Assembly (NCBI GenBank): GCA_051881175.1
Contig: JBJEPI010000021.1
Span: 1,448-65,447, forward strand
DNA length: 64,000 nt
Source: Eubacterium sp.
Lineage (GTDB): Bacteria > Bacillota > Clostridia > Oscillospirales > Acutalibacteraceae
Direction: 5' to 3'
Every line of letters starts with the position of its first letter. Position 1 is the stretch's first letter. The notes beneath the pieces were generated by a model, which was given only the letters and a program-made list of their open reading frames with translations, did not search any database and was not told the DNA's origin. The position numbers and the translations under genes were made by a program. Below are positions 21,590 to 31,187 of this stretch, piece by piece.

Positions 21590-22734
21590 TTAACCGTCTC
21601 CAAAACAAAATCTCTTGCAGCACGGTCCGTATCAAGGACATCCTGCAAAGTAAAATCTTTTTTATCGGGGGCATTTTTCATAGCCTCATTATTAAGATAT
21701 GCAATATCGGTAAATTTAATTTTACCGTCTAAGAACAATTTTACGCTTTCCTCGTTTGCACCGTTTGCCGCCGCCGGATGCAAGCCGCCAAGCTCAATTG
21801 CATTTTTACAAACATCAATGCATTTAAAGGTTTCGTAATCCGGTTCAAAGAATGTGAGTTTACCGTAATCAGCCAAGGATAAGGGTTTAACAGGACTTGG
21901 CACTCTTTCGGGATAGGTCAGTGCATACTGAATTGGTATTCTCATATCGGGTACGCCAAGCTGTGCAATCATTGAATTGTCCTGATAAACAATGGCAGAG
22001 TGAACAACGGACTCCCTGTGAACCACAATTTCTATATCCTCATTAGGCATATCAAAAAGCCATTTAGCTTCAATAAACTCAAGGCCCTTATTCATCATTG
22101 TAGCCGAGTCGATGGTGATTTTTGCACCCATATCCCAATTTGGATGCTTAAGGGCATCGGCGGCGGTTACATTTTCAAGGTCAGCCAATTGCCTGCCGAA
22201 AAACGGTCCGCCCGAGGCGGTGAGAACAATTTTCTTTACTGCCTCCTTACAGGGTGAGCCCTGCATTGCCTGGAATATTGCGGAATGCTCACTGTCAACA
22301 GGTAAAATTTGAACGCCGTTTTCCTTTGCCAAATTTGTAACAAGATGACCGCCGGCAACCAAGGTTTCCTTATTAGCCAGGGCAATGGTTTTTTTAGCCT
22401 TAATTGCTTCCAATGTAGGCTGAAGGCCAACCATGCCAACCACCGAATTAAGAACGGTATCTGCACCTGAATATGCGGCACAATCAATAAGTCCCTCCAT
22501 GCCGCAAACGACCTTGGTATCGGTATCAGCCAATCTAACCTTAATGTCAGCGGCTGATTTTTCATTCATTAAGCATACAAGCTCAGGCTTAAATTCTCTT
22601 GCCTGCTGTTCAATTATATCAACTCGTGAGTTTGCTGTCAGGCATTTGATGTTGTAGCCCTGCATACGGCAAACATCGAGAGTCTGGGTTCCTATTGAAC
22701 CGGTTGAACCTAACAGTGAAATATTTTTAGTCAT
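21583..22734 (-). CDS. dxr: 1-deoxy-D-xylulose 5-phosphate reductoisomerase
   Basis: 383 aa. GSTGSIG NADPH motif, with LANKE and PVDSEH motifs. Confidence 0.95.
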   Translation of the reverse strand: MTKNISLLGSTGSIGTQTLDVCRMQGYNIKCLTANSRVDIIEQQAREFKPELVCLMNEKSAADIKVRLADTDTKVVCGMEGLIDCAAYSGADTVLNSVVGMVGLQPTLEAIKAKKTIALANKETLVAGGHLVTNLAKENGVQILPVDSEHSAIFQAMQGSPCKEAVKKIVLTASGGPFFGRQLADLENVTAADALKHPNWDMGAKITIDSATMMNKGLEFIEAKWLFDMPNEDIEIVVHRESVVHSAIVYQDNSMIAQLGVPDMRIPIQYALTYPERVPSPVKPLSLADYGKLTFFEPDYETFKCIDVCKNAIELGGLHPAAANGANEESVKLFLDGKIKFTDIAYLNNEAMKNAPDKKDFTLQDVLDTDRAARDFVLETVKC

Positions 22735-22745
22735 AGCTTTATCCC

Positions 22746-23624
22746 CTATTTCGCAAATGAATTAACAAATGTTGCGATACAGTATGTAAGTGGAATTGTA
22801 AATAATGTTGAGTCAAAGCGGTCCATTACTCCGCCATGGCCCGGAAAGATTTTTCCAAAGTCCTTAATGCCGAAGTTTCTTTTTAATACAGATGCAGTAA
22901 GGTCGCCCATCATACCCATAAATGATACAATTGGAGCAAATCCAAGAAGCACGGCGATATATTCCGCCGGAACAGGCTGTGCGGCAACCTTATTGTAAAT
23001 TGCCATTGCAGAGCCGTTGAGTATAAAACTGAAAATCACACCGCAAACTGCACCCTCAACGGTTTTCTTTGGAGAAATGTTCGGCGACATCTTATGCTTG
23101 CCGAAGGCCATGCCTCCAAGCTGGGCGCCCACATCTGTGCCAAGGGCACAAATAAGGCCGTAGAAAATCAAGTAAATTCCAAGTTGTGTTTCAAAGCCAA
23201 ACATATCGCGGAGAATTCCAAACATTGAAAAAGCATAAGGAACAGCTACGCTTGCCACAGTGGCGATAGCAACGTCTTCAAACTTTGTATTTGCATAATC
23301 CTTAAGCATTGCCAAAAAGAATACAAGGACAATAACGGTAATATCCACCATGTCGGGAATTGCATTAATAACCCTTCCCCAAACATCGGCAGATACCCAA
23401 GGCTCAAGAATACTTGCGCTGGACTCAAAAGGTATTAATCCGGCAACCGCTGTTCCGACACATAGTATGAATTTATTTTTCAGCTTTGCACATTTCATTA
23501 TTTCGTTAGCGGCAACCGCTGACAAAAATGCAATAACAAAAATAAAAGCCGGTGTATATATTTGCCATACAACTATTGCTAAAACGCAAAGCAAAACAAT
23601 GGCAGTAATAACTCTTTGTTTCAT
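22746..23624 (-). CDS. cdsA: Phosphatidate cytidylyltransferase
   Basis: 292 aa membrane protein carrying the CdsA signature SVLKRNFGIKDFGKIFPGHGGVMDRFDS. Confidence 0.9.
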   Translation of the reverse strand: MKQRVITAIVLLCVLAIVVWQIYTPAFIFVIAFLSAVAANEIMKCAKLKNKFILCVGTAVAGLIPFESSASILEPWVSADVWGRVINAIPDMVDITVIVLVFFLAMLKDYANTKFEDVAIATVASVAVPYAFSMFGILRDMFGFETQLGIYLIFYGLICALGTDVGAQLGGMAFGKHKMSPNISPKKTVEGAVCGVIFSFILNGSAMAIYNKVAAQPVPAEYIAVLLGFAPIVSFMGMMGDLTASVLKRNFGIKDFGKIFPGHGGVMDRFDSTLFTIPLTYCIATFVNSFAK

Positions 23625-23639
23625 ATTCTATCCTCTCTG

Positions 23640-24368
23640 CTATGCACCGAAACGGCGATTACGCTTTTCAAATTCACGAAGGGCGGCAATAAGATCATCA
23701 CTTGAAAAATCAGGCCAAAGAACATCGCTGTACCAAAATTCGCTGTATGCCGCCTGCCACAAAAGAAAATTAGAAAGTCTTTGCTCTCCTGACGGCCTTA
23801 TAATCAAGTCGCATTCAGGAGTTGTGTAGAGATTATTTGAAATATCGTTTTCGCTGATTTCGGTTTTACCTTGAGCTATAAGCTTATTGACTGCCGAAAC
23901 AATTTCCTGCCGTCCGCCGTAGTTTACAGCCACATAAACTGTTGTTCCGGTATTATTTGCAGTTTCCTGCTCTGCCTCGTCCATAAGACTTAGCAATTCC
24001 TTTGATATACCATCACGCTGACCGATAAATTTCAGTCTTATGTCGCCGGCCTGTGTAACATCTGCCTTTGCCTCAAGCAGATAGTTTTTGAACAGAAGCA
24101 TTAAGGCATCAACCTCTTCCTTAGGTCTTTTCCAGTTTTCGGTTGAAAAGGCATAAAAGGTTACATATTCAATGCCGAGCCTTGCACATTGCTTGGAAAT
24201 GTTTCTAAACACCTCTGCCCCTGCCTTATGGCCTGCAGTTCTTGGCAGGCCGCGTTTTTTAGCCCATCTGCCGTTGCCGTCCATAATAATTCCCAAATGC
24301 TTTGGCAAAACAGAAAACTGTTCGTTAACCAATTCGGCTTCGGCAGAATTTTTTGAAAATAAAGCCAT
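23640..24368 (-). CDS. uppS: Undecaprenyl diphosphate synthase (isoprenyl transferase)
   Basis: 242 aa. IIMDGNGRWA and RLSNFLLWQ..YSE motifs. Confidence 0.95.
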   Translation of the reverse strand: MALFSKNSAEAELVNEQFSVLPKHLGIIMDGNGRWAKKRGLPRTAGHKAGAEVFRNISKQCARLGIEYVTFYAFSTENWKRPKEEVDALMLLFKNYLLEAKADVTQAGDIRLKFIGQRDGISKELLSLMDEAEQETANNTGTTVYVAVNYGGRQEIVSAVNKLIAQGKTEISENDISNNLYTTPECDLIIRPSGEQRLSNFLLWQAAYSEFWYSDVLWPDFSSDDLIAALREFEKRNRRFGA

Positions 24369-24438
24369 GGCTTTGTCTCCTTAAAAAGCATTTTAGGGCG
24401 AAGCCGGTTGCATCGCCCATAAAGTTAATTTAAAGCTG

Positions 24439-24993
24439 TTAGATAGAAAGAATTTCTGTTTCCTTCTTCTTCTCCATTTCATCAACCTGTTTAATATATT
24501 TGTCAGTGATGTTTTGGAGCTCTTTCTCACCCTGCTTTTGGTCATCCTCGGTAATTTCGTTGTTTTTCTTAAGCTTTTTGATATCATCCATTGAGTCACG
24601 GCGAACGTTTCTGATAGCAACCTTTGCCTCTTCAGCTCGCTTGGAAACATCCTTTACGAGAACCTTTCTGTCCTCCTCGGTAAGCTGTGGGAAATTCAAA
24701 CGAACAACCTTGCCGTCGTTTTGAGGATTAATGCCGATATCAGCAATATTTATTGCTTTTTCAATATCTGCAAGGGTTGAAGCATCCCAAGGCTGAATAA
24801 CAAGCATTCTCGGCTCGGGAACGGAAATTGCCGCCATTTGATTAAGGGGTGTTGGTGTGCCGTAGTAATCAACTACAACATTGTTAAGAACATTTGGATT
24901 TGCTCTGCCTGCTCTGATTGTTGCATAATCCCTGTCAAGGCAGTCGAGACATTTTTCCATTTTCTGTGTTGTTTTACTAAATACCTGTTCCAT
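24439..24993 (-). CDS. frr: Ribosome recycling factor
   Basis: 184 aa. Full-length RRF-like sequence (RAGRANP..L, LTEE.R). Confidence 0.95.
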   Translation of the reverse strand: MEQVFSKTTQKMEKCLDCLDRDYATIRAGRANPNVLNNVVVDYYGTPTPLNQMAAISVPEPRMLVIQPWDASTLADIEKAINIADIGINPQNDGKVVRLNFPQLTEEDRKVLVKDVSKRAEEAKVAIRNVRRDSMDDIKKLKKNNEITEDDQKQGEKELQNITDKYIKQVDEMEKKKETEILSI

Positions 24994-25006
24994 AAATTTA
25001 CCTCTC

Positions 25007-25717
25007 TTATAAATTACTTACGGTGGTTCCTATTTTTTCGCCGTTAACTACACGAACGATATTTTCAGGATCATCAAGGTTAAATACAATTATCGGCATA
25101 TCATTGTCCTTACAAAGGGAGAAAGCGGTTGAATCCATAACCTTAAGGTCACGGGTGATAACCTCCTGGAAGGTTACGTTATCAAACTTAACTGCATCAT
25201 CAAACTTGTTAGGATCTTTGTCATAAACGCCGTCAACATTGGTGGCTTTTAAAAGAGCGTCGGCATTGATTTCAACGCTGCGAAGAGCTGCGGCCGTGTC
25301 TGTTGAGAAAAACGGAGAGCCTGTGCCGCAACCGAATATAACAATTCTGCCCTTTTCAAAATGGCGGATGGCCTTATTACGAATATACGGCTCGGCAATT
25401 TGACGCATCTCGATAGCTGTTTGAACACGAACAACTGCACCAAGCTGCTCAAGAGCGTCACAAAGTGCCAATGAGTTCATTGCAGTTGCAAGCATGCCTA
25501 TATGGTCAGCTCTTGTTCTGTCCATATGCTCGGATGATCTGCCACGCCAGAAGTTGCCGCCGCCAACTACGATTGCAACCTCCACACCTAAATCCGCAAC
25601 TGCCTTAACAGACTTGCAGATGCTGAGAACTGTTTCGTTGTCAATGCCCCTGCCGGCAGGTCCTGCTAAAACCTCGCCGCTGAGCTTGAGTAATATTCTT
25701 TTATAAGCTACGCTCAT
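25007..25717 (-). CDS. pyrH: UMP kinase
   Basis: 236 aa. [16 protein letters not shown] and DGVYD.DP motifs. Confidence 0.95.
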   Translation of the reverse strand: MSVAYKRILLKLSGEVLAGPAGRGIDNETVLSICKSVKAVADLGVEVAIVVGGGNFWRGRSSEHMDRTRADHIGMLATAMNSLALCDALEQLGAVVRVQTAIEMRQIAEPYIRNKAIRHFEKGRIVIFGCGTGSPFFSTDTAAALRSVEINADALLKATNVDGVYDKDPNKFDDAVKFDNVTFQEVITRDLKVMDSTAFSLCKDNDMPIIVFNLDDPENIVRVVNGEKIGTTVSNL

Positions 25718-25837
25718 TAAAGTATACCTCCAAAATATTCTATTTTATTCTTTAATATAATAATATAAAATATTACTAAAGTAAAGAATTTGAACTAAAA
25801 AATAGTTTACAAATTGGTTAAAAAGCAAACAAAGAAA

Positions 25838-25860
25838 CAGACCGTCGTTAAGACGGTCTG
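25838..25860 (-). terminator. Terminator after the LRR/Cys-repeat surface protein gene
   Basis: Stem CAGACCGTC / GACGGTCTG, followed by a T-rich tract on the minus strand. Confidence 0.6.
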
Positions 25861-25892
25861 TCAAAGAACATATAGCATTTGCTTTTAAATCA

Positions 25893-28586
25893 TCATTCCT
25901 GTTCTTCGGCTGCAATTTCTTCCTTTGTTTTACCGCAGTTTTTGCAGGTATCCTCTTCATCATTTTCGCCGAAATCGTGGCCTGTGGCTGGGATTTGATA
26001 AAGCACATTGGTTTCACCGCAAACAGTACAAACATTGGCAACATATCCGTTCTGGGTGCAGGTTGCTTCAACAGTCTGTTCCTCCAAGGTGTGCTCAGGC
26101 TGTTTTTTTACTGCATTAATGATAATGGCAAAATCCTTGCCGTTAATTACACCGTCGCCGTTTGCGTCAACATAAGAGGTATTATCGGTGCCTGTGCGGT
26201 TAATAACCCTTGAATCTGCAAGAGACGGATTCCATTGTGCATAAACAAAACCGGGATCAACTGTTTCCTGTGTAAAGCAGTAAGTGCATCTGTAATGCAT
26301 TCCTGCACAATCAAGCTCACCGGTATAATTAAAGTTATGTCCGGCGGCAGGCACTGTGTTAATTCTTGTTGTTTTGCATATAGTACAGGTGTCCCTTGTT
26401 GTTCCGCTTAAATTGCAGGTTGGAGAGGTTAATTTTTCGTTGGTATAAAGCCCGTCAATCCATTCGTCATGGCGCATAGTGGCTGTTTGAGTTGTACCGC
26501 AGCGAGAACAGGTTGGCGTTACAAGTGAATGGCCGGGCTTATTCTCGTCGGTTAAGTCAACGGCAACATCCTTGTAATTATGGCCCAATGCAGGAATAGT
26601 AATTTCAAATTCAGAACCGCATACAGTACATACTGATACCGCACTGCCATCTTCAACACATGTTTCCTCGCTTATCACAATGTAATTACTCTCGTCAACA
26701 GTATGACCCAAGGCCGGAAGAGTTGATTGCTTTGTTGCGGTACAGCGTGAGCATTTGTAATAGTCGTATCCGCTTTCGGTACATGTTGGAGCCTTGCCGT
26801 TACCTTCAACAATAACATAGTCATGACCTAATGCGTCAATATTTTCCGACTTTGTCATTGTGCAATTTTGACAGCCGTAATAAATTTTACCGACAGCAGT
26901 ACATGTAGGCTCGGTTTGAGAGGTAACATACCATTCGTGCTGGCCGTTTGCAGGAATTGTTACGGTTCTCGTTTGACCGCAAACATCGCAAACATCCCTT
27001 TCTACACCGTCAATAACACAGTGTGCCTCACTGATAACCGTTGCCGTGTAATTACCCTCAACCCACTGGACATGGGTGGACTGAACAATCTGTTCGCCGC
27101 AGGTACGGCAGATGTACACTGTGTGAGTGTGTCCGTCTTCCTCGGTATTATCTATAACCTCCAAAATATCGGTATCGTCATAGGTATGGCCTAATGCCGG
27201 TATAGATTGGGTTATAGTTTCACCGCAGATAGTACAAACACCCTGTTGCTCACCTGCCTCTGTGCAGGTGGCTTCCTTGGTGACGGTATACTCTTCAACA
27301 TTATGCTTTCCCGAAGAAACCAAATGTGTTTCCGTGCGTGTACATCCTGTTACGGTGCAGGTATATTTTTCATATCCTGCCTTAACGCAGGTAGCGGTAT
27401 TCTCGTATGTATAATATCCGTCAATCCAAATGTAATTAGTGGCACCGTCGGTTAATTGCTGATGAGTTACAATATCTCTGGAGTCGCCGCATCTGGTGCA
27501 GGTTTCGGTTGTGTAAATATGGCCGTCGATAGCAGTATTATCAACAGTTTCCGTGGTTTCGTAGTTGTGGCCAAGGGCATCAATAGTGCTTTCCGAAATA
27601 ACAGCACCGCAATCATCGCAAACCCTTTGGCTTACACCTTCGTTAAGACATGTTGCCTCAACTGTAACAACCGTGCTTTGATTTAAGTGCTCACACTCAT
27701 CAAGAGATACAAAGGCATAACTGTTGGAGGATGCAAATTCTTCGGCTGTTGAGCCCTTATGGCCGTAAACAGTTATAGTTTGCTCAGAGCCGTTACATAC
27801 ATCTCCCGAAAGAGAGGTGTTTGGATTGTTAACAGTGAAGCTTGACAGGAAAACGCAATCGGCAAAGGCACGTGTGCCCACAGATGTAACACTATCCGGC
27901 AGTTCTACGGCGGTCATTTTGCACTTGAAAAATGACCACATGCTGACGGTGGCTACGTTTTCACCCCAATTAATTCTCTTAACACCGGCCTCGTAGAAGG
28001 CGTTTTCACCCGTTTCGGTAATACCTGAGCCGAATGTTACCGTTTCAAGGGCTGTGCATCCGGAAAAGCAACCGTATGAAAGGGTTGTAACGCTGTCCGG
28101 AAAAGTAATGCTTTTTAAAGATGTGCAATCTTTAAATGCACAGTTTTCAATAGTAGTAAGGTTTTCGGGCAGTGTGATTGATTGCAAGGATGTACAATTT
28201 TGGAAGCATCCGTAGCTGGTTGTCATGGTACCTGAACCGTGCAATGCTGTTAAGGTTGAGGGAAGAGAAACACTGACAAGGGCCGTGCAATTATAGAAAT
28301 TATAGTTGCCGATTTCAGTTATTCCCTCCTCAACAACAAGATTGGTAATATCTGATTTATAGCTCTCCCAAGGAGCCTTCGAGAGCATGGCATTATAATT
28401 TTTAGTAGCTCCTGTACCGCTGATTGTTAATGTTGTTGTGGCAGAATCATAGGACCAGGTTGCACTGTCACCGCAGCTTCCGGCGGTAGCGGCAACGACA
28501 GGCGTAACGCCCACCGACAGCATAGTTGTTATAGCGAATGTTAAAGTAAAAATAAAAGACAGAACTTTTGACATTTTTCCTTTCAT
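25893..28586 (-). CDS. Secreted multidomain protein: signal peptide, BspA-type leucine-rich repeats, about 8-9 Cys4 modules, one dockerin-like Ca-binding loop
   Basis: 897 aa. The hydrophobic N-terminus ends in VVAATA. LRR_5-like units include NCTSLQSITLP, DCTSLKSITFP and GCTALETVTF. Repeats follow the pattern TC...G.....C..CG......IPALGH.Y. Also contains DANGDGVINGKDF. Confidence 0.8.
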   Translation of the reverse strand: MKGKMSKVLSFIFTLTFAITTMLSVGVTPVVAATAGSCGDSATWSYDSATTTLTISGTGATKNYNAMLSKAPWESYKSDITNLVVEEGITEIGNYNFYNCTALVSVSLPSTLTALHGSGTMTTSYGCFQNCTSLQSITLPENLTTIENCAFKDCTSLKSITFPDSVTTLSYGCFSGCTALETVTFGSGITETGENAFYEAGVKRINWGENVATVSMWSFFKCKMTAVELPDSVTSVGTRAFADCVFLSSFTVNNPNTSLSGDVCNGSEQTITVYGHKGSTAEEFASSNSYAFVSLDECEHLNQSTVVTVEATCLNEGVSQRVCDDCGAVISESTIDALGHNYETTETVDNTAIDGHIYTTETCTRCGDSRDIVTHQQLTDGATNYIWIDGYYTYENTATCVKAGYEKYTCTVTGCTRTETHLVSSGKHNVEEYTVTKEATCTEAGEQQGVCTICGETITQSIPALGHTYDDTDILEVIDNTEEDGHTHTVYICRTCGEQIVQSTHVQWVEGNYTATVISEAHCVIDGVERDVCDVCGQTRTVTIPANGQHEWYVTSQTEPTCTAVGKIYYGCQNCTMTKSENIDALGHDYVIVEGNGKAPTCTESGYDYYKCSRCTATKQSTLPALGHTVDESNYIVISEETCVEDGSAVSVCTVCGSEFEITIPALGHNYKDVAVDLTDENKPGHSLVTPTCSRCGTTQTATMRHDEWIDGLYTNEKLTSPTCNLSGTTRDTCTICKTTRINTVPAAGHNFNYTGELDCAGMHYRCTYCFTQETVDPGFVYAQWNPSLADSRVINRTGTDNTSYVDANGDGVINGKDFAIIINAVKKQPEHTLEEQTVEATCTQNGYVANVCTVCGETNVLYQIPATGHDFGENDEEDTCKNCGKTKEEIAAEEQE

Positions 28587-28757
28587 AATATCACCCTTAT
28601 AACATAATTATACAAATTAATCATAACACATAAAGCATAAAATTTCAAGCAATAAACTATTTGATAAAAAAACAGTTATATTTTCTGTTTTGAAGTACTA
28701 TAATATAGAGGGGTAGCGAAACATCACAAATGCTGAAAGATGCGAATGTTTCGGCGG

Positions 28758-28806
28758 ATTGAGCACACTTTTTATCACGGTCAAAAAAGTGTGCTCAATT
28801 TTTTTG
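28758..28806 (+). terminator. Plus-strand intrinsic terminator with no plus-strand gene nearby
   Basis: 16-bp stem ATTGAGCACACTTTTT / AAAAAGTGTGCTCAAT, followed by TTTTTT on the plus strand only. Confidence 0.5.
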
Positions 28807-28941
28807 TTACATTTTAGATTTCGGGGTACTTAATATATGAAGAATGTTTTTTATAAAGTTTATGTTTTTGGCAGGCCGCAAAATTACTGAGCATTTTAAG
28901 TAAATTTGAAGTTGCCTGCCGATTCGCATATTACGCAAAGC

Positions 28942-28972
28942 AAAAAACGCTCGGAAAAACCGAGCGTTTTTT
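28942..28972 (-). terminator. Terminator after the GH112 gene (bidirectional shape)
   Basis: Stem AAACGCTCGG / CCGAGCGTTT, flanked by A-runs and T-runs. Confidence 0.65.
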
Positions 28973-28973
28973 G

Positions 28974-31169
28974 TTATATTTGATACCATTTAATTTCGTT
29001 GGCCTCAAGATGTAAATCAAAGCTGCTTCCGTCGCCGACATAAACAGTAGTATCCTGCGGCTCGTAGGTATTGTTAACCACGCAGTACTTACCGTTTTTA
29101 ACATAGGCATGCACCTCAACATTGTAGTTTGATGAGAACCAACGGTGGAGTTCATTCTCTGCCGAAGCGCTCCAAAGCACAGCACGATAAAGCACACGGC
29201 TGTTTTCAAAGGAATAAGGAAGACCGCTGATATAAACGCCCCTGCCCTTTCCAAACTCTTTAACCGCCATTTGAACCTCTGCCTCGTTTCTTACCATAAA
29301 CGGCAAAGGAGTGCAGTTTTGAACAAGCACCTGTGTACCCTCGAGAGCGACAATATTTTTCTTTCCCTCTCCGAAATCAATATTGCCGTTGTCGGTATCC
29401 TTCAGGATAAAGTGATCCCTATGCTCTTCAACATTGTATCTGTCGGTATTTAAAGCAAAGCCGTTTTCTCTTTCAACGCCTAAAACATCATCAAGCTGGA
29501 AAAATTTACCCTGCCATTGATGAGCGGCAGGCTCGCCTACGCCGATAAATCCGCCGCCGTTATACACAAATCTTTTAACGGCTGTTATTATTTCCTCGTC
29601 AATCCAGTATTCACCGCCTGATTGGGCTGTGTCCGCATCGCCCACATTGATAATAACGTCAAAGCTATCCAATAAATTTTTATCGTTTTTAATATCATCA
29701 AAGCTGATAAACGAAACATCAAAGGGGGCACCGCTCAGCGCCTCAATAATTCCAAAATAGGAATAATTTTGCCTATAATAAAGTCCGTGATGGACCATGT
29801 GATTGCCCCAAGAACGCATTTTACCCCAGCAATTAAGCACGGCTACGCGTTTAACACAATAAGGGGTTACGCCCTGAATATTGTCATAAAGGGTACGGAA
29901 TTCATCGCAAACATCTTTAATATAATCAACAAACTCGGGGAATTTCAGTGCAAGCTTTAGGTATCCGCCGTAGCCGATACGCTGAATAGGGCTTCTAAGT
30001 ATTGCCCGCCTTGCCGTTACCCAATTAACCTTTGCTTCTTTAATCGGATCTCCGCCCTCGTGGAATACATCGGGGAAGAAATAGGGCAAAAATCTGCCCT
30101 CGGTGTATTTAACATTTTTAATATCGCTGAAAAGTCTAAGAGTAGCGCCGTTGCCCACACTGCCTACAACAGCGTCAAGGCCGATTGATGCAAACTCATC
30201 CATAAAGGGCTCCATGCCAATCCAATGGTCGCCCATAAACATCATGGCTTCCTTGCCGTATTCGTGAACTATATCAACCATTTCCTTTGCAAGGGCGGCA
30301 ACCTCTCGCCTTTGGAATGCCTGAAAATCCTTAAATTCCTTGGACGGAATACGATAGGTGTTGTTCATATAACCCTGGTCAATAATGTATTCCGGGCGAA
30401 AAGCATAGCCAACCTCTTTTTCAAACTGCTGAAGAACATATGGGCTGACTGAGGCCGAATAGCCGAACCAATCAACATATTTTTCTCTGGCAAGCTCGTC
30501 GAAAACAAGGGTAAACTGATGGAAGAAAGTAGTAAATCTTACAACATCAACATATTGGTGTGTATCAAGAAATTTACGCAATCTTTCTAACGAATGGGCT
30601 CTTGTTTTAGGCTGACGAACATCAAAGGTAATTTGAGGCTCAACGTCCTTCCATTCGTTAACCACTGCATTGTACATGTGAACAGGGTCCCACATAATAT
30701 ATGCCAGAAAGCTTACTGTATACTCGTGAAAGGACTTGGCATTTGATATTGTTACATCTGTGGTCTCTTCGTTATATGCCCACTGACTTACAGGCACAAC
30801 CTCGCCGGTGGTGCGGTCAATAACCTCCCACCATTTTGTAATATCATCACGGCTGTTTACCTTTAGCATGTCGGGATAAAGGTGGTCCATAAGATGAATT
30901 TTAAGAGTATTATCAACCGCTGTGTGGAATGAGGTCATAATATACATCTGCTGAATTTCGTCAGGATTAGCCTTTGCCCAAGCGTTATCCTTTCGGGTTG
31001 TATAGTAGGTTGCATACACCTTTGCGCCGGCGTCCTTTAATTCCTGAGGGAACTCGGTTCCGTCACAATCACGAATTGCGTCTGCACCCCAAACATCCAT
31101 AATTTCCAGTGTTTCCTTTACTACATCCATATCGGTTGGAATAGTAACTCTTCCCTTTGTTTTTGCCAT
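28974..31169 (-). CDS. GH112 beta-galactoside phosphorylase (galacto-N-biose/lacto-N-biose or Gal-Rha phosphorylase family)
   Basis: 731 aa. It is collinear along its length with my recollection of Bifidobacterium LnpA: GADAIR..DGT, WEVIDRTTGEVV, EYTVSFLAYI.WDPV, VVRFTTFF.QFTL.FDE, GKEAMMF.GD.WIG.EP, KYTEGRFLPYFFPD, ARRAILRSPI.R.GYGGYL, GKGRGVYISGLPYS. Confidence 0.88.
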   Translation of the reverse strand: MAKTKGRVTIPTDMDVVKETLEIMDVWGADAIRDCDGTEFPQELKDAGAKVYATYYTTRKDNAWAKANPDEIQQMYIMTSFHTAVDNTLKIHLMDHLYPDMLKVNSRDDITKWWEVIDRTTGEVVPVSQWAYNEETTDVTISNAKSFHEYTVSFLAYIMWDPVHMYNAVVNEWKDVEPQITFDVRQPKTRAHSLERLRKFLDTHQYVDVVRFTTFFHQFTLVFDELAREKYVDWFGYSASVSPYVLQQFEKEVGYAFRPEYIIDQGYMNNTYRIPSKEFKDFQAFQRREVAALAKEMVDIVHEYGKEAMMFMGDHWIGMEPFMDEFASIGLDAVVGSVGNGATLRLFSDIKNVKYTEGRFLPYFFPDVFHEGGDPIKEAKVNWVTARRAILRSPIQRIGYGGYLKLALKFPEFVDYIKDVCDEFRTLYDNIQGVTPYCVKRVAVLNCWGKMRSWGNHMVHHGLYYRQNYSYFGIIEALSGAPFDVSFISFDDIKNDKNLLDSFDVIINVGDADTAQSGGEYWIDEEIITAVKRFVYNGGGFIGVGEPAAHQWQGKFFQLDDVLGVERENGFALNTDRYNVEEHRDHFILKDTDNGNIDFGEGKKNIVALEGTQVLVQNCTPLPFMVRNEAEVQMAVKEFGKGRGVYISGLPYSFENSRVLYRAVLWSASAENELHRWFSSNYNVEVHAYVKNGKYCVVNNTYEPQDTTVYVGDGSSFDLHLEANEIKWYQI

Positions 31170-31187
31170 AAAGCACCTCGCTGAATT

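Noticed and set aside
25718-25892. Expected distal tsf-like att copy at the pyrH-proximal island border.
   Set aside because: Only a weak resemblance was found (TAGCATTTGCTTTTAA versus TTAGCCGTTGATTTGCTTTG), which is not distinguishable from chance.
25745-26071. 108-aa minus-strand ORF overlapping the 3' end of the surface-protein gene and its terminator region.
   Set aside because: It is an out-of-frame overlap with a well-supported gene and runs through the terminator. There is no RBS and the composition is implausible.
26300-27700. Periodic DNA repeats that might be mistaken for a CRISPR or tandem-repeat locus.
   Set aside because: The periodicity is the coding repeat of the Cys4 protein modules. 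The units are diverged, in frame, and lack spacer/repeat architecture.
28921-28945. An inverted partial match to the tsf-like core (TTACGCAAAGCAAAAAACGC) near the GH112 terminator.
   Set aside because: Only about 11 contiguous matching bases, in the opposite orientation. This is compatible with chance.
28931-29254. 107-aa and 60-aa minus-strand ORFs overlapping the GH112 3' end and terminator.
   Set aside because: They overlap the GH112 gene out of frame, and the intergenic hairpins lie within them.
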